Source: a virus. Taken from it: a stretch of DNA of 49,225 nt. A program made the translations under genes and the position numbers. Under the pieces are notes generated by a model that saw only the letters and a program-made list of their open reading frames with translations, was not told the DNA's origin and searched no databases. The stretch is taken from IMG/VR virus record IMGVR_UViG_3300018405_000004; one strand, 5' to 3'. This document shows positions 1 through 10,411 of this stretch, in pieces (position 1 is the stretch's first letter; every line of letters starts with the position of its first letter).

Positions 1-123
1 ACCGCCTGCCGGAAGCACTCCAGGGTTTATTTGTACGTCTTTACGTAATGGGATTGCCATTTATGCACTCTCCGGTGGGTATTTTAAATCTGCGGCCACT
101 ATGCCGACTGTAATGCTGTCCAT
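1..123. repeat. Terminal direct repeat; bases 1-123 are identical to 49103-49225 (circular-assembly overlap or terminal redundancy). Unique length 49,102 bp
   Basis: Read base by base at both ends. The sheath gene ATG (49160-49162) reappears at 58-60. Confidence 0.95.
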
Positions 124-612
124 GAAGTCCTGGCGCGTTGAGACTGTCGGGTTGTATTGCCCGATGAAGTCCAGCGTCCAGCGGCTTTCGTATTGTTGCT
201 CGCCGTTTATCATCGTTGTCTGATGAGGGTCTGAGCAGTAAAGAGGGGTAATGACGTTGCCGTTTTGTCTGAACCATTCACAGGCAAAGTCTGACCGGAT
301 GAGTGTGCCGATGATTGCAGCGTTATCTGCCGCGCTCTCGCCATAGCAGTCAATCTGACAAGGCCATTTAGTGCTGCGCTGGTTCTGCTGGATGCCGTCG
401 CCATAGACGCCGTTATCGACATAATTAACGCGGTTTGTTGATAGCCCGATCTGCTTCGTCGGCGTCATGATGACAAAATCACCGAGTGGCATTGCCGTCA
501 GGTTTTGCTGACCGTCAAGCACGTTATCGATGCTCAGACCGGTAATCTCCATCAGAAACGCCTGTAGAGGTATTAACAGGTCAAGCTCTTTGATATCGAT
601 AGTCGGCGTCAT
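61..612 (-). CDS. Virion protein, head-tail joining or tail-terminator candidate (183 aa)
   Basis: GAGG SD lies 5 nt before the ATG at 612; the longer track start at 645 has no SD. ATGA overlap with 609..977. The stop abuts the sheath ATG across the circular junction. Confidence 0.6.
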   Translation of the reverse strand: MTPTIDIKELDLLIPLQAFLMEITGLSIDNVLDGQQNLTAMPLGDFVIMTPTKQIGLSTNRVNYVDNGVYGDGIQQNQRSTKWPCQIDCYGESAADNAAIIGTLIRSDFACEWFRQNGNVITPLYCSDPHQTTMINGEQQYESRWTLDFIGQYNPTVSTRQDFMDSITVGIVAADLKYPPESA

Positions 613-977
613 GTTGACCTCTGGAGATTTATGATCACCCGGCACCAGTCACTCCAAAGCTCAGGGACTTTCACGACCAGCCATTTCTCAGAACCAATCA
701 CCAGAATGTCCCCACCCTTTTGCTCGGGTCGGTTCACACCGTTGAAATTGCCGTTCAGATAGGCGCTACGTAGAATTCCCTGAATGTTGACCGAATCGAC
801 CTGCTTCAGGTCAGTAGATGAAAGTTCCTGCAACTGCACTGTTACATCGACGCTGTTAAAGGAAGGAACCCTCTTACCGCCAGGTAGCGTGGTGAACCCG
901 GTATTGACCTGAAAAACTCCAGGCACATTTGGGTTGATATTACTTGTCAGGCTATTGGCTATGCTGCGCAGGTTCAT
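609..977 (-). CDS. Head-tail joining protein candidate (122 aa)
   Basis: ORF translationally coupled on both sides within the connector gene block. Function assigned by position only. Confidence 0.5.
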   Translation of the reverse strand: MNLRSIANSLTSNINPNVPGVFQVNTGFTTLPGGKRVPSFNSVDVTVQLQELSSTDLKQVDSVNIQGILRSAYLNGNFNGVNRPEQKGGDILVIGSEKWLVVKVPELWSDWCRVIINLQRST

Positions 978-1426
978 ACGCCATCCTTAATGTCGTAGTC
1001 GACGCTGTTTAGCATGTGTGATGTCTCAACAAGAGGCTTTGAGAATCCCTTTTTGGCGATAGTCACCGGGGATAGAGCGGGCTCCATCAGTTCTCGTATA
1101 GAGCCCTGCAACTGATCTTTGATGTGTTCCCCCATCATTCCAAGCATCGTATCGGCATCATATCCAGTGACCTCTGCAATCTTTGCCATATCTTTGGGCC
1201 ATGCTGGCGAGTTATCAGCGATCATGTTTCTGAAAAACGGGCGAGGCGGTCGGTTCATAGCAGGGTCACCGAATTCGTTAGCGGCGGCCACCATGGGAAC
1301 GGATGTTCCGTCTGGGTATGTTGCCCCCTCCAGAAACCCGACCCGTAGCGTTTTGCCATCGCCAATTTTCTCGGCAAGCTCAGCTAATTTCGCTTCTAGC
1401 GCAGATCCCCCACTGAAAGTAGTCAT
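974..1426 (-). CDS. HK97 gp10-like head-tail adaptor or tail-completion protein
   Basis: 150 aa. Motifs AANEFGDPAMNRPPRPFF and HMLNSV are typical of the gp10 family. Lies in the connector block. Confidence 0.65.
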   Translation of the reverse strand: MTTFSGGSALEAKLAELAEKIGDGKTLRVGFLEGATYPDGTSVPMVAAANEFGDPAMNRPPRPFFRNMIADNSPAWPKDMAKIAEVTGYDADTMLGMMGEHIKDQLQGSIRELMEPALSPVTIAKKGFSKPLVETSHMLNSVDYDIKDGV

Positions 1427-1428
1427 GG

Positions 1429-1872
1429 CTATCTCCGCCAGTTAGCGCGCCGGTAATAATGCCCTGGGTAATTGGATGGTGAAGCGCCGGGAACGTAGCG
1501 AGCGGTTCTGTATGCTGCCGTTGCCTGCCAGTAGGCAGCCCCATAAGGAGTTTGCAGGTACCACCACGAAGCGCCGCTTGATGGAACTTCGCCAAGTGAT
1601 ACAGATACAGAGCCTTCTGATGCGCTCGCTACGCGCCCAACTAACCCGGATGGTGCTTTCCCATTCACACCTGAATTCAGTGCTGCAAGGTGAGCAACCA
1701 GCATGTTGAGATAGACGGCCCTGATTGCAGGGTCCGCCACCGCGCTACAGTCTGTGTTATCAAGGTAAACCGTTGCCTCTACGAAATAAGCATTCAGCAA
1801 CGAGTCACTTACGGTGTCGAACTCCGGGTAACGTTCGCGGAATGCGGCAATATCAAAGACAACGATCGCCAT
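1429..1872 (-). CDS. DUF4054-like head-tail connector protein
   Basis: 147 aa. N-terminus [13 protein letters not shown]...YFVEATVYL is typical of DUF4054 / gp15-like connectors. Confidence 0.6.
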   Translation of the reverse strand: MAIVVFDIAAFRERYPEFDTVSDSLLNAYFVEATVYLDNTDCSAVADPAIRAVYLNMLVAHLAALNSGVNGKAPSGLVGRVASASEGSVSVSLGEVPSSGASWWYLQTPYGAAYWQATAAYRTARYVPGASPSNYPGHYYRRANWRR

Positions 1873-1874
1873 GA

Positions 1875-2201
1875 TTACTTCCCGTCAGATTTCTGGATTC
1901 CCGGCATCGGGTTATCTTGCGGAAGACCCTCAAGACCAGACTTGCGACCTGCGTTTTCGTTGGCCTTAGCCTCAGCGCTGTTCGGTTTAGCCTGGGCGAA
2001 GACGAGTTCGCTCTTCACATAGGCCTGGTCAGCATGAATATTCAGCCACTTGTCGAAGGCGTCTTTATCGACCCCCTCTGTCAGGCCGTAGCCGCCGATC
2101 ACATTTGAGGCGTTAGCGCCATTCAGAACGACGCTATAACCTTCCACTTCAAGCACAAGACCGTTCGGCAGCTTGCAGCCAACTACTACAACTTCAGCCA
2201 T
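1875..2201 (-). CDS. Hypothetical virion protein (108 aa)
   Basis: ORF immediately downstream of the capsid gene. No motif recognised. Confidence 0.5.
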   Translation of the reverse strand: MAEVVVVGCKLPNGLVLEVEGYSVVLNGANASNVIGGYGLTEGVDKDAFDKWLNIHADQAYVKSELVFAQAKPNSAEAKANENAGRKSGLEGLPQDNPMPGIQKSDGK

Positions 2202-2204
2202 GAG

Positions 2205-3239
2205 TTACACCCCTACCATTGTTGCGATTGCCAGAGGCTGGCGGATGATCGCGCCCCATGTGCCGCCGGATTTTTTCTGCTTCCAGGATGACTCTTCTGT
2301 CACCACGGCATGCGCACGCATCTTCTCGGTGAACGCAGCGTATGCTGTGTCCTGCTCGCCAAGGCGATCCGCGATCAGTTGAACCATCTCACCCGCAGTG
2401 GTCGAGTACTCGATCGCGGTTTCGATTTTCAGGTTCGGGAAGTTTTTCTTCAGCTGGTCAGAAACGTTCACGTTGTACATGTTCGTTTTAGCCAGATTTA
2501 CAGACATCGCCGGAGACATCGCCAGCGTCATGCTGTCTGCCATTTCCAGCAGACCTTTGGTCTGAGAAACCAGTTGACCGAACAGTTTGAGGATATCGTC
2601 GTAAACCGCCTGGCCGTCTTTGGTTGCCCAGGTCAGGCCGCCGCTTGTACCACTTGCGTTTGGCGCAATGGATGCAGGGAGACTCGGATCATTCAGCAGT
2701 CCATAGTTTTGCAGACCATCGATACCGTAGAAGTAGCTCTTATTCTGGAACTTGTTCAGCACCAGAGCGGAAGCTACGTTCAACTCAGACGCATAACCGA
2801 TACGCGCTGCACCGTACATATCCAACTCACGCTCACCCCAGCGGGTATGAGTCTGATAGTGGTAGGACTGGCGAGGAACCCAGTTAACGTTCGCAGCGGT
2901 CATGCCGTTGTTGTTGTAGTCGCCGTAGGAGCTAACTTCACCTGCGGATTCAACAACCGGGAATTGGGCGGTAAGAGTGGTCCAGTCACCCTTTTTAACT
3001 TCACCGATAATTTCGGCTGCCTTCATAGGCGTAACCAGAATGCGGATCAGTTCAGGGTCAACGAAGTTGGTGAAGAACGCTGGCACACCTGAGCTGCCAG
3101 TGGTAACCATCGTTGGCTGAGCATCCATCGCCAGCGCGAAGTTATCCGCAAATTCTGGCTTCAGGTATTCTTTAGCGCCCGGCAGAACAATGCCGTATTT
3201 GCCGCTCGCTGCGGCGTAGTGTTTCTGAAATTCGTTCAT
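2205..3239 (-). CDS. Major capsid protein (DUF2184-type)
   Basis: 344 aa. Size, position after the scaffold and decoration genes, and N-terminal pattern resemble DUF2184 capsid proteins that pair with DUF2213. Confidence 0.75.
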   Translation of the reverse strand: MNEFQKHYAAASGKYGIVLPGAKEYLKPEFADNFALAMDAQPTMVTTGSSGVPAFFTNFVDPELIRILVTPMKAAEIIGEVKKGDWTTLTAQFPVVESAGEVSSYGDYNNNGMTAANVNWVPRQSYHYQTHTRWGERELDMYGAARIGYASELNVASALVLNKFQNKSYFYGIDGLQNYGLLNDPSLPASIAPNASGTSGGLTWATKDGQAVYDDILKLFGQLVSQTKGLLEMADSMTLAMSPAMSVNLAKTNMYNVNVSDQLKKNFPNLKIETAIEYSTTAGEMVQLIADRLGEQDTAYAAFTEKMRAHAVVTEESSWKQKKSGGTWGAIIRQPLAIATMVGV

Positions 3240-3721
3240 TACTTGCTCCAGGTGCTGATTTTAACGAGCTCGTTAGCGTCGCAAGCGCTACCCGCAAAGA
3301 ATGGCGTCTCAACAGCGCCGGAAATGGTCGCCCCTGCCGCACCGGTCTTCACGGTACCGTCTGCCAGCACCGCGAAGATTTTCTGACCGCGAGTAGCGGC
3401 GGTTGCGGTACGCGCCCAGAAGTCACCCGCAACCATCAGTGTGGTTTCGCGGCCCTTCTGAATAACGTTTGATGCAGCACCCAGCCAGTCGGTGATGACT
3501 GCCTGACCATCGCGATGGACGAAGCCAGAAGGTGCGCCGGTGCCGGTATTTGTTGCCACCCCATCGACTGCCCATGCAAAGCGCCCGATAGCCACACCGC
3601 CAGTACCTGCTACGAGAGCGGCCTCGCCAGCCAGGAATGTTGCGTGCGGGTTGGTGCTCGCAAAGCCACCTTCTACGCCGGGGGCTGGATATTGGTTAAT
3701 TACACTCTGAAAACCTGCCAT
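3239..3721 (-). CDS. Head decoration or cement-like protein (160 aa, Gly/Ala-rich)
   Basis: Lies between the scaffold and capsid genes and shares its stop/start base with the capsid gene. Function assigned by position. Confidence 0.45.
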   Translation of the reverse strand: MAGFQSVINQYPAPGVEGGFASTNPHATFLAGEAALVAGTGGVAIGRFAWAVDGVATNTGTGAPSGFVHRDGQAVITDWLGAASNVIQKGRETTLMVAGDFWARTATAATRGQKIFAVLADGTVKTGAAGATISGAVETPFFAGSACDANELVKISTWSK

Positions 3722-3722
3722 G

Positions 3723-5510
3723 TTAGAAACCTCGTTTCAGTTTGCCAGCGGTAGGGAATGCCTTCTCGAAATCGCTGATGGATGCGGAATCCTGAGCCAG
3801 AGGGGCAGGACGTGAGTTTTCTTTCTGGCTGATTGCCATTTTCACCAGTGACGGGAACGCAGATGGGTGAACGCCTTTAATGTCTACGCCGGACTGCTCA
3901 AGTGCGGTGCGGTAGACATCAGCAGCTGAGTCCATTGCAACAACATCACCAATCAGTGGGCGCACAGCCTGTTCAGCTTCACGGACTTCCCGGAAGTTCT
4001 GAGCGGCCTTTTTGGTTGCGCTGTCAGCTGCTAAGCAGATCGCAGAGTCCATAGCCGTTTTGGAGACTTTGTCGTCTTTCTTGTCATCGTCTTCATCGTC
4101 TCCGTCATCGGCGGGCTTTTTCTTTTTGTCGCAGCAGTCGTCTTCGTCATCGGCGGGCTTGTCTTTCTTGTCTTCTTTTTCGGCTTCATCGAGAGCCAGA
4201 AGTGCTTTGCGTACTTCTGCTTCCAGATCCGCGTCTGCTGCCAGTAATGGCTTCAGCGTGGCGCGAATAGCCGCGGCTTTGCGTTTGCTCATGTGCTTTA
4301 ACTCCGGTGGTAAAGAATCTGCGACCAATACGTCGCTTCCTGCGCGGCCTGTTTCGACCAGCGCCACGTGGTTCCCGATAATGTCCCGCATGATGCCGTC
4401 ATAGACTTCACCAGTCGGGGTCGTGCCGGGGGTCATGTCAGCGACGTATTGGTACGACGAAGACAATTCTTCCTGTTCTTCCGTCTCGATACCGGCGATG
4501 GCTGAGTTATCCCACACGGAAAGACCGTTAGTGAGATACGTTCCATCAAATGCGGCGTTCGAGTGCGTTACACCAACACGGTTTTCGTGAGGCGGGTCGC
4601 CAGGGAAGTCAGGTGTATGGATTGAAAGGAGTGGAATGTTGTTGAATGTTGCTACGGCTTTCTTCAGCTCATCAGGGTGACGCCAGAGCCGGTATATCTT
4701 CTCCGGGTCGAGCCCTAACCTCTCAGCGCCGGGAATCTCTCGCCCGAAGTAAGGGCAGACGTTGGCCTTGCTGATATTACTGACCTTAACCTGAAGCCTG
4801 CCGTTGCCATCAAACGTGCGCACTGAGGCGCGGTCGAATGCTAGGCTTTCTGTAATCCCGTCCATTGCGGGTTTCTTTTCCTCGCTGACGTATCTGACCT
4901 TTATGGTCACTGGCTGCCCAGGAGATTTCGGTGGGTGTACACCGACAACCTCCATTTTTGCGTTTCGAGGAAGAAGGGTTTCATCTTCATGCTTGTTGCT
5001 GGAAAGTCCGGTGACATCGAGGCCTTTATCACCCGGCTTTGTTTCTATCTGAAGCATTACGCCGCCGATACCGAACATCCCGGCGATCTTTTTCTCTTTT
5101 GAAGTGGAAAGAAATGCAGGATCAGATACGACCATTCCTTTCTTGATATCTCCACCCGGAAATAACTTTTTGGCGTCTTCCCTGCTCATCCCTCGATAAA
5201 GAGTTTCGCCACCCAAACTTCCCTTGCTTATCGCTGAGTCAATTCTTGCTACATCTGGATCTGACTTCTCACCCACTCGCAATTGAGAGTTTATTTTTAA
5301 GAAGTTGTCGCCCGAGTAGCTTGATATTGCTGTTTTTTCGTTAGTAGATAACTTTGCTCCGGTTGATTTTTTTTCTTCTTTTTTGCTGGTTATCTTCCCT
5401 TCAGCGCCAGCTACAACATCTCCGCTTTCATCAACTTTGACATGTGAGCCTTTTATCGTGATCCACTTATCTTCGTCCTCGGCTAGCGAGTAGGATTCGA
5501 GTTCGTCCAT
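3723..5510 (-). CDS. ADP-ribosyltransferase domain fused to a DUF2213-type prohead scaffold/protease protein (595 aa)
   Basis: aa 57-208 carry [18 protein letters not shown] (R106), FLSTS (135-137) and HEDETLLPR (E175, E177), which together make the R-S-ExE signature. aa 216-420 ([22 protein letters not shown]) are DUF2213-like. An acidic D/E/K linker follows. The gene lies between the MuF and capsid genes. Confidence 0.75.
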   Translation of the reverse strand: MDELESYSLAEDEDKWITIKGSHVKVDESGDVVAGAEGKITSKKEEKKSTGAKLSTNEKTAISSYSGDNFLKINSQLRVGEKSDPDVARIDSAISKGSLGGETLYRGMSREDAKKLFPGGDIKKGMVVSDPAFLSTSKEKKIAGMFGIGGVMLQIETKPGDKGLDVTGLSSNKHEDETLLPRNAKMEVVGVHPPKSPGQPVTIKVRYVSEEKKPAMDGITESLAFDRASVRTFDGNGRLQVKVSNISKANVCPYFGREIPGAERLGLDPEKIYRLWRHPDELKKAVATFNNIPLLSIHTPDFPGDPPHENRVGVTHSNAAFDGTYLTNGLSVWDNSAIAGIETEEQEELSSSYQYVADMTPGTTPTGEVYDGIMRDIIGNHVALVETGRAGSDVLVADSLPPELKHMSKRKAAAIRATLKPLLAADADLEAEVRKALLALDEAEKEDKKDKPADDEDDCCDKKKKPADDGDDEDDDKKDDKVSKTAMDSAICLAADSATKKAAQNFREVREAEQAVRPLIGDVVAMDSAADVYRTALEQSGVDIKGVHPSAFPSLVKMAISQKENSRPAPLAQDSASISDFEKAFPTAGKLKRGF

Positions 5511-5530
5511 AGACTTCCCCGCTTATGGCA

Positions 5531-5554
5531 ATAAAAAAGGCCGCCGTAGCGACC
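5531..5554 (-). terminator. Intrinsic terminator after the 63-aa membrane-protein gene
   Basis: On the minus strand: GGTCG-CTAC-GGCGGCC followed by TTTTTT. It shares the GTCGCTACGGCGGC core with the terminator at 24912-24934. Confidence 0.6.
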
Positions 5555-5574
5555 TGTTGTATATATTTTCTGGC

Positions 5575-5766
5575 TTACTCCATCTTGTGGGCTATATGCA
5601 GCCCCCATAAATAGATAACCAAGAACAACGCAGAGGATAATGACCACCAAATTGCATCTTCTGGCCACTTACGGATTGTTGTTGCAACAGATACTCCAAG
5701 GGCAGCACCCCAGTAACCGCCTTTGGTGTATGCCTTGGATAGAGTGTTGATAGCTTTCTTTTTCAT
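5575..5766 (-). CDS. Small membrane protein (63 aa, 2 predicted TM helices), moron-like
   Basis: Hydrophobic stretches GGYWGAALGVSVATTI and WWSLSSALFLVIYLWGL. AT-rich, with its own terminator. Confidence 0.6.
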   Translation of the reverse strand: MKKKAINTLSKAYTKGGYWGAALGVSVATTIRKWPEDAIWWSLSSALFLVIYLWGLHIAHKME

Positions 5767-5796
5767 ATTTAATCCGGGTTGATGAACATTTTTATG

Positions 5797-6639
5797 TTAT
5801 AACTTTTTATCCAGACCAGGGATAACAGGCGACCAAGTACAGCGGCAATTGATTTCCTCTCCTGGCATCACCCACTTGCCATCCAGATACATTCCCTTGT
5901 CGATATCGAACTTCTTGCCATCAGCTTTGACATGTGATGGTCGAGGTTCTTTACCAGCGTGAGAATGTCGCCAGATACCTTGCGTGATGCCAAGTGACTG
6001 CTGCCTTGTGGCTTGCATAACTGATGTCGCTTTGTTGTTCTGGTCACGAGCAATTAGAGCGGCACGTCGGCGGGTGATGCCGTAACGCTTCTGCAACTCA
6101 TCGGTGAGATATGACAGGTCACGACCTCGAGCCACAGAGCGCATCACAAGCCCTTCCACCTCGGTGAAATACTTCTCAGGGATGGAGCGTATCAATCCGA
6201 CGTTTTCGGCGATGGTAGCCTGAAGTGCGTTGTTCATCGGTGCGGTCATCTTGAACTCAACCGTGAAACCGGCAGTGTCGAGAGCGTTATGCAGTGACAC
6301 ATCAGAGTTCTTCATGGCATCTGAAGCGAACCGGTCAGAAAGCTTCTGCGCAATGCTGTCGAATGATTTCGTCCAGCGCTTAGCCAGTTTCTTCATTGCA
6401 TCACGCATAAACACGGCAGGAGATGCGTCCATTGCCACTGCTGCGCCGCTCGCTTTGTAGTTTGCGGTTAGCCAGTACACAACGGACTTTTGCATCTCTC
6501 TGACCTGTTTATCGAGTTGTTTTCGATACCAATCCTCAACACCTGCGTTAGGTCTTACCGGTGGTATCGTCTTCTGGCTCGTCGCTTTCGTCGATTTCTT
6601 CGTCGATTTCTTCATCGTCTTCTTCGAGGTCGATGTCAT
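5797..6639 (-). CDS. Head morphogenesis protein, MuF / SPP1 gp7 family
   Basis: 280 aa. C-terminal W..H....PRPSH..ADGK...PGEEINCRC motif; follows the portal gene. The start overlaps the portal 3' end by 92 nt. Confidence 0.8.
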   Translation of the reverse strand: MTSTSKKTMKKSTKKSTKATSQKTIPPVRPNAGVEDWYRKQLDKQVREMQKSVVYWLTANYKASGAAVAMDASPAVFMRDAMKKLAKRWTKSFDSIAQKLSDRFASDAMKNSDVSLHNALDTAGFTVEFKMTAPMNNALQATIAENVGLIRSIPEKYFTEVEGLVMRSVARGRDLSYLTDELQKRYGITRRRAALIARDQNNKATSVMQATRQQSLGITQGIWRHSHAGKEPRPSHVKADGKKFDIDKGMYLDGKWVMPGEEINCRCTWSPVIPGLDKKL

Positions 6640-8092
6640 CGCTTAGGTCCAGTGAGTGATAGGGTGATTCAGGGTCTTCGGCAATCTTTTCGCGAACTTC
6701 GTTGTTTGACAGCGCACCAGTCGCGACATACACCGCGTCAGTGTCTGCATCGATTTTCCGAATCTCCGCTTTATCCTTCGCGCTCATCTCGTAGAGAGGT
6801 TCGAATTCGAAATAGATTTCAGGGTCGATGTCGCCAAACTCGGATAGCTGAATGATGTCCAGAACGCGCTTCAGAGCAGTAGAGAAGATTGACTGCTGCA
6901 ACGAATGGATGTAGTCGTAGAAAACGCGAATCTCCCCGTCTGATGACGCATTCAGCCCGGCAGGAGCAATGCCCAGCAGCTTAACAAGTGGGATGCTTGA
7001 TACGGCTGCCATTTGCTCTTGCGCCTGAGCCTGAAGTACGTCGAGAGTGCCCAGTGGCGCGTTAACAAACTCAACCGTTTCCGGCTGCGTTGGGTCGTTG
7101 TCTGTAGCGAATGCGCCACGGTTATCACGACATTGGTTGAATAACTGCAGGCGGGTGATCAGCGACTCTGCACCACCACCTTGTAGGATGGTGCTCATGT
7201 TGGTACCGATGACCGGTACGCTAAAAGAGTGAATCATGTCGCTTACACTGTCACGGGTACGCAGCCAGTTATTCACGTATGGCTCGGCAATCTGAACCAG
7301 AGACAGACCACGGAAGTTATACGAGGCCTTCAGCAGGTCAGGAACCTGACGCGATACGAAATCAATCATGCGGCTGGCATGAACCGTCTTGCCCATCACA
7401 AACCACTGAGTCGGTTTGTAGAAGTCAGGGCTTAGAGGGTTCTGAGCGTTGTAGATGCCCGGATACGTCCATACCGGCTCGATAACCTGAAATCCCTTGA
7501 GGCTACCTTTGGCTATCTTCTTGTCGCTCAGGAATAACTTCGATTGCAGTTCGGTGTCATCAGTCCAGGCAGAGACGTTTTTGGGTGACGTGACATCGAT
7601 ATAAATCTGGCCGCCGCCGAAGTAGCCGTCATGCTCTGCTGCTTCACGGAACTTGTCACGAACGTGGAACCTGTCGAGTGCGTCGTTAAGCTTTTTAACG
7701 CGATCTGATTTATCCTCATCACCGACTGTCTTCAGCTTGATCCACTTGCGCGTCATCTCCTCGGCGATAGTGCCTACCATCTTCCGGTATTCAGGCTTTT
7801 GGGCCATCATTGCCAGATAGGGATAGCCGGGGAAGCTGTCGAGATTGCCGTAAGCATATCCAGCGCTGTATGCGTCGTTCAGCGCTCCGTAATCGCATGA
7901 GTCCATCGCGAGATAGGCGTTATGGAGATTTTCAGGGATAACCCCCTTTGGCGGCTCGTATCGCTTAAACTCTCTCGGCGGCTTAGCCTGAATCTCAGCG
8001 ACAGCCATCGGGTTAATTTTCATCTGAACCTTTTCAGGTTCTTTCACCGGCTCAGGCGCGGCGATTTCTTTCTTCCACCATTTCCACCGCAC
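6548..8092 (-). CDS. Portal protein (DUF1073-type)
   Basis: 514 aa, immediately downstream of TerL, with an acidic C-terminal tail. Confidence 0.8.
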   Translation of the reverse strand: MRWKWWKKEIAAPEPVKEPEKVQMKINPMAVAEIQAKPPREFKRYEPPKGVIPENLHNAYLAMDSCDYGALNDAYSAGYAYGNLDSFPGYPYLAMMAQKPEYRKMVGTIAEEMTRKWIKLKTVGDEDKSDRVKKLNDALDRFHVRDKFREAAEHDGYFGGGQIYIDVTSPKNVSAWTDDTELQSKLFLSDKKIAKGSLKGFQVIEPVWTYPGIYNAQNPLSPDFYKPTQWFVMGKTVHASRMIDFVSRQVPDLLKASYNFRGLSLVQIAEPYVNNWLRTRDSVSDMIHSFSVPVIGTNMSTILQGGGAESLITRLQLFNQCRDNRGAFATDNDPTQPETVEFVNAPLGTLDVLQAQAQEQMAAVSSIPLVKLLGIAPAGLNASSDGEIRVFYDYIHSLQQSIFSTALKRVLDIIQLSEFGDIDPEIYFEFEPLYEMSAKDKAEIRKIDADTDAVYVATGALSNNEVREKIAEDPESPYHSLDLSDDIDLEEDDEEIDEEIDESDEPEDDTTGKT

Positions 8093-9769
8093 TTAAATTC
8101 TCCTGAGTTGACTTGGGTCGATCACCATTGGCTGGCGACCGGAAATAAGGTTGTCATCGATGGCGTCCATCCAGGTATCGAGGATGTCGTCATTGTCGTG
8201 GCTGTCATCGGCAGAGAACGCCGCGCACTCGGTCATTGCAGTCAGCACCCAGGAGGTCGTCCCGGCGATGGTTCCGTCCTCGTAATAGGTGTGCATAATC
8301 GCCGCACCATCTTGCGTGTGCGTTGCGGGGACGTAGACCTTGCCGGTCTTAATCTGAGGGATGACGTTGAGGCAGCGAACCAGTTTGTTCTGGCCCGCAC
8401 CGCGTGGAATCTCTTTAACAGGGATAGCGATCTGACCAGGTGTTGCACTGCGTTTCTTCAGGGTGGTAATCAGCCCTTGCCCAGCCTGTTTCTCTTCGAT
8501 AGCCATATGGCGCATCGGCATGATTCGCATTGAACCCTGCATACGCCATTTCTCCCAGACTTCTTCTGCTTTCTTCAGAAGGTCCTCGGGGTCCCAGCGG
8601 CCACGAACCACATCGATGACGTAGAGGTTGCCATCCACACCCATGCCAACCAGAGTGAATACGGTGTAGTCAAGCCAGTCCTCAACCTTGCCACTGTTCG
8701 TATCAACGTATACGGCGCGGTGAGTCAGCTTAGGAAGCGTGGTGTAGGTCTGGAACCATCCGGTGTCGATAATGCCGCCGGTGAGCGCCATTGGGTTTTG
8801 CTGGTACTGAGACAGGAAGGTGTAACGGTCTTTCTCCCACAATTGCAGGAGGTCGTTCACGTCTTCCATCTGAGGCCAGTACGACCAGTAGCGTGTGCCA
8901 GACACTTCGACATAATCGGTGTCTTTAACCGTCTCCCGGCACAGCGAGCGCCACGGCTCTGCGAGAGACTCAATGTATTTCTCATCAATCATCGCCGGGA
9001 TAGCGACGTGATGGAATTTGACGCCCATGCCGCCACTCAGCATAAAGCCGGTTGCGTCGTCAGTGTGCAGGCGCTGCTGAATGCTTACGAATGGCGTTGG
9101 ATGCTCTTTGGACTTATCACCACGACGGGAGCGGATTGTGTTCACCAGGAGCGTGTTAGCGCTGTTCCTGCGTGACTCGCTCAGCATATCAACGGGCTTG
9201 TTGTAGTCATCCAGCATAACCATGCCGGAGAACTCAGGTCCGAAGTAACCACCACGGCCACCGGTAATCTGCCCGTTACTGGAGCGGGATACCGTCTGAC
9301 CGATTGAGCGACCGCGATCGTCTTTAATCTCCCACTCTTCAGCCTGGTTAACACCAAAGGAGCAAGGCCAGAACTCCTGATACTCACGACTGGCGATAAT
9401 GTCTCTGGTGCGGCGCGAGTTACGCTTAACCAGCGTGTCAGCAAATGAGATGTTCAGGTTACGGAAGCGCTTTAATCTCCCTTCCTGCACCAGTGAATTG
9501 ACGTATGCGGGGAAGTGGATGGAGAAGAACTCCGTCTTTGTGCCGCCAGGGGGGATGTTGATAATCAGGTTGCCTGGCTCTAACCTCCCGGCGATCAGGT
9601 CATCAATCTTCGACGCCATCAGGCGGTGATGCCAGTTAACCAGCAGCCGATCACCCTGAATCAGTTCGAACCACACTCGGGTAAAGTTGAGAAACGACTT
9701 GGTGGACTTTGAACGAATGATGACGCGCTCAGGGAATGACAAGTCATCCCATTCGATGATTTCGTTCAT
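8093..9769 (-). CDS. Terminase large subunit
   Basis: 558 aa. N-terminal ATPase (PPGGTKTE, MVMLDD) and C-terminal nuclease pattern (YVDTN..YTVFTLVG..LYVIDV.RGRW). Confidence 0.85.
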   Translation of the reverse strand: MNEIIEWDDLSFPERVIIRSKSTKSFLNFTRVWFELIQGDRLLVNWHHRLMASKIDDLIAGRLEPGNLIINIPPGGTKTEFFSIHFPAYVNSLVQEGRLKRFRNLNISFADTLVKRNSRRTRDIIASREYQEFWPCSFGVNQAEEWEIKDDRGRSIGQTVSRSSNGQITGGRGGYFGPEFSGMVMLDDYNKPVDMLSESRRNSANTLLVNTIRSRRGDKSKEHPTPFVSIQQRLHTDDATGFMLSGGMGVKFHHVAIPAMIDEKYIESLAEPWRSLCRETVKDTDYVEVSGTRYWSYWPQMEDVNDLLQLWEKDRYTFLSQYQQNPMALTGGIIDTGWFQTYTTLPKLTHRAVYVDTNSGKVEDWLDYTVFTLVGMGVDGNLYVIDVVRGRWDPEDLLKKAEEVWEKWRMQGSMRIMPMRHMAIEEKQAGQGLITTLKKRSATPGQIAIPVKEIPRGAGQNKLVRCLNVIPQIKTGKVYVPATHTQDGAAIMHTYYEDGTIAGTTSWVLTAMTECAAFSADDSHDNDDILDTWMDAIDDNLISGRQPMVIDPSQLRRI

Positions 9770-9770
9770 A

Positions 9771-10247
9771 TCAGTCCAGGCCTTTTAGTTTCTCCTCCAT
9801 TGCTGCCTGCGCTGCTGCATAGTCTGCCGGGGTATAGTTGACGACCTGAACCGGGCCGCCGTCTGCACCTTCGATAGCGTGGTCAATCTTGTCTCGCCAG
9901 TCTTTCTTCTGTCTGTTCTTAAGCCAGAAGATTGCAGCAGCAGTATCGGGAGGGTAATGCTTCTTGATTTGCGTTTTGACTATCTGGTTATCAATGACGC
10001 GAATGTCTGTATCAGGGGCGACGTATCCCATTGCTCTCTGGAAGAGGCTATCCACCACTTCAGCATCAACAAGGTCTTTCCCCTTTTTTACGGACTCCGA
10101 AAACTCAGAATGGTCGAGTTTCCATTTGCTGATGGTCGATACGGCAACTGAAAAGAAGTCTGCTAATTGTTCATCGGTGTAGCCAAGCATGCACAGCTTG
10201 CGAGCCTGCTCGGCGTACGCCTTCTGATACTTGGTTGGCCTAGCCAT
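9771..10247 (-). CDS. Terminase small subunit
   Basis: Start MARPTKYQ at 10247. HTH segment LGYTDEQLADFFSVAVSTISKWK. Lies directly upstream of TerL. Confidence 0.75.
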   Translation of the reverse strand: MARPTKYQKAYAEQARKLCMLGYTDEQLADFFSVAVSTISKWKLDHSEFSESVKKGKDLVDAEVVDSLFQRAMGYVAPDTDIRVIDNQIVKTQIKKHYPPDTAAAIFWLKNRQKKDWRDKIDHAIEGADGGPVQVVNYTPADYAAAQAAMEEKLKGLD

Positions 10248-10249
10248 AA

Positions 10250-10411
10250 TTATTTCTCTGCTTTGAACTTGAATCCCCATCGAGCGATAAAGCCTGACAG
10301 CGATTTGAAGTGTTTCTCTTTCACGATACGTGCATAGACGAAAGCTTTAAGCACGGATAGCAGCGGGCTTACCCACCAACGTTTTTGAGCAACCACCTTC
10401 AGGGTGATCAT
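10250..10411 (-). CDS. Hypothetical basic 53-aa protein
   Basis: ORF below the track size cutoff (MITLKVVAQKRWW...). Its ATG overlaps the stop of the upstream gene, and its stop lies 2 nt before the TerS ATG. Confidence 0.4.
   Translation of the reverse strand: MITLKVVAQKRWWVSPLLSVLKAFVYARIVKEKHFKSLSGFIARWGFKFKAEK

Noticed and set aside
41-60. First 60 nt as a separate gene fragment, and ORF 41..277
   Set aside because: Bases 1-60 duplicate the sheath 5' end (part of the terminal repeat). The 41..277 and 210..422 ORFs overlap the better-supported 61..612 gene in other frames.
2310-3092. 260-aa plus-strand ORF inside the capsid gene, and similar long antisense ORFs at 45999-46643, 7922-8533, 8720-9175 and 35724-36095
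   Set aside because: These are shadow ORFs opposite well-supported structural genes. They have Arg/His/Cys-rich low-complexity translations, no SD, and no room for promoters.
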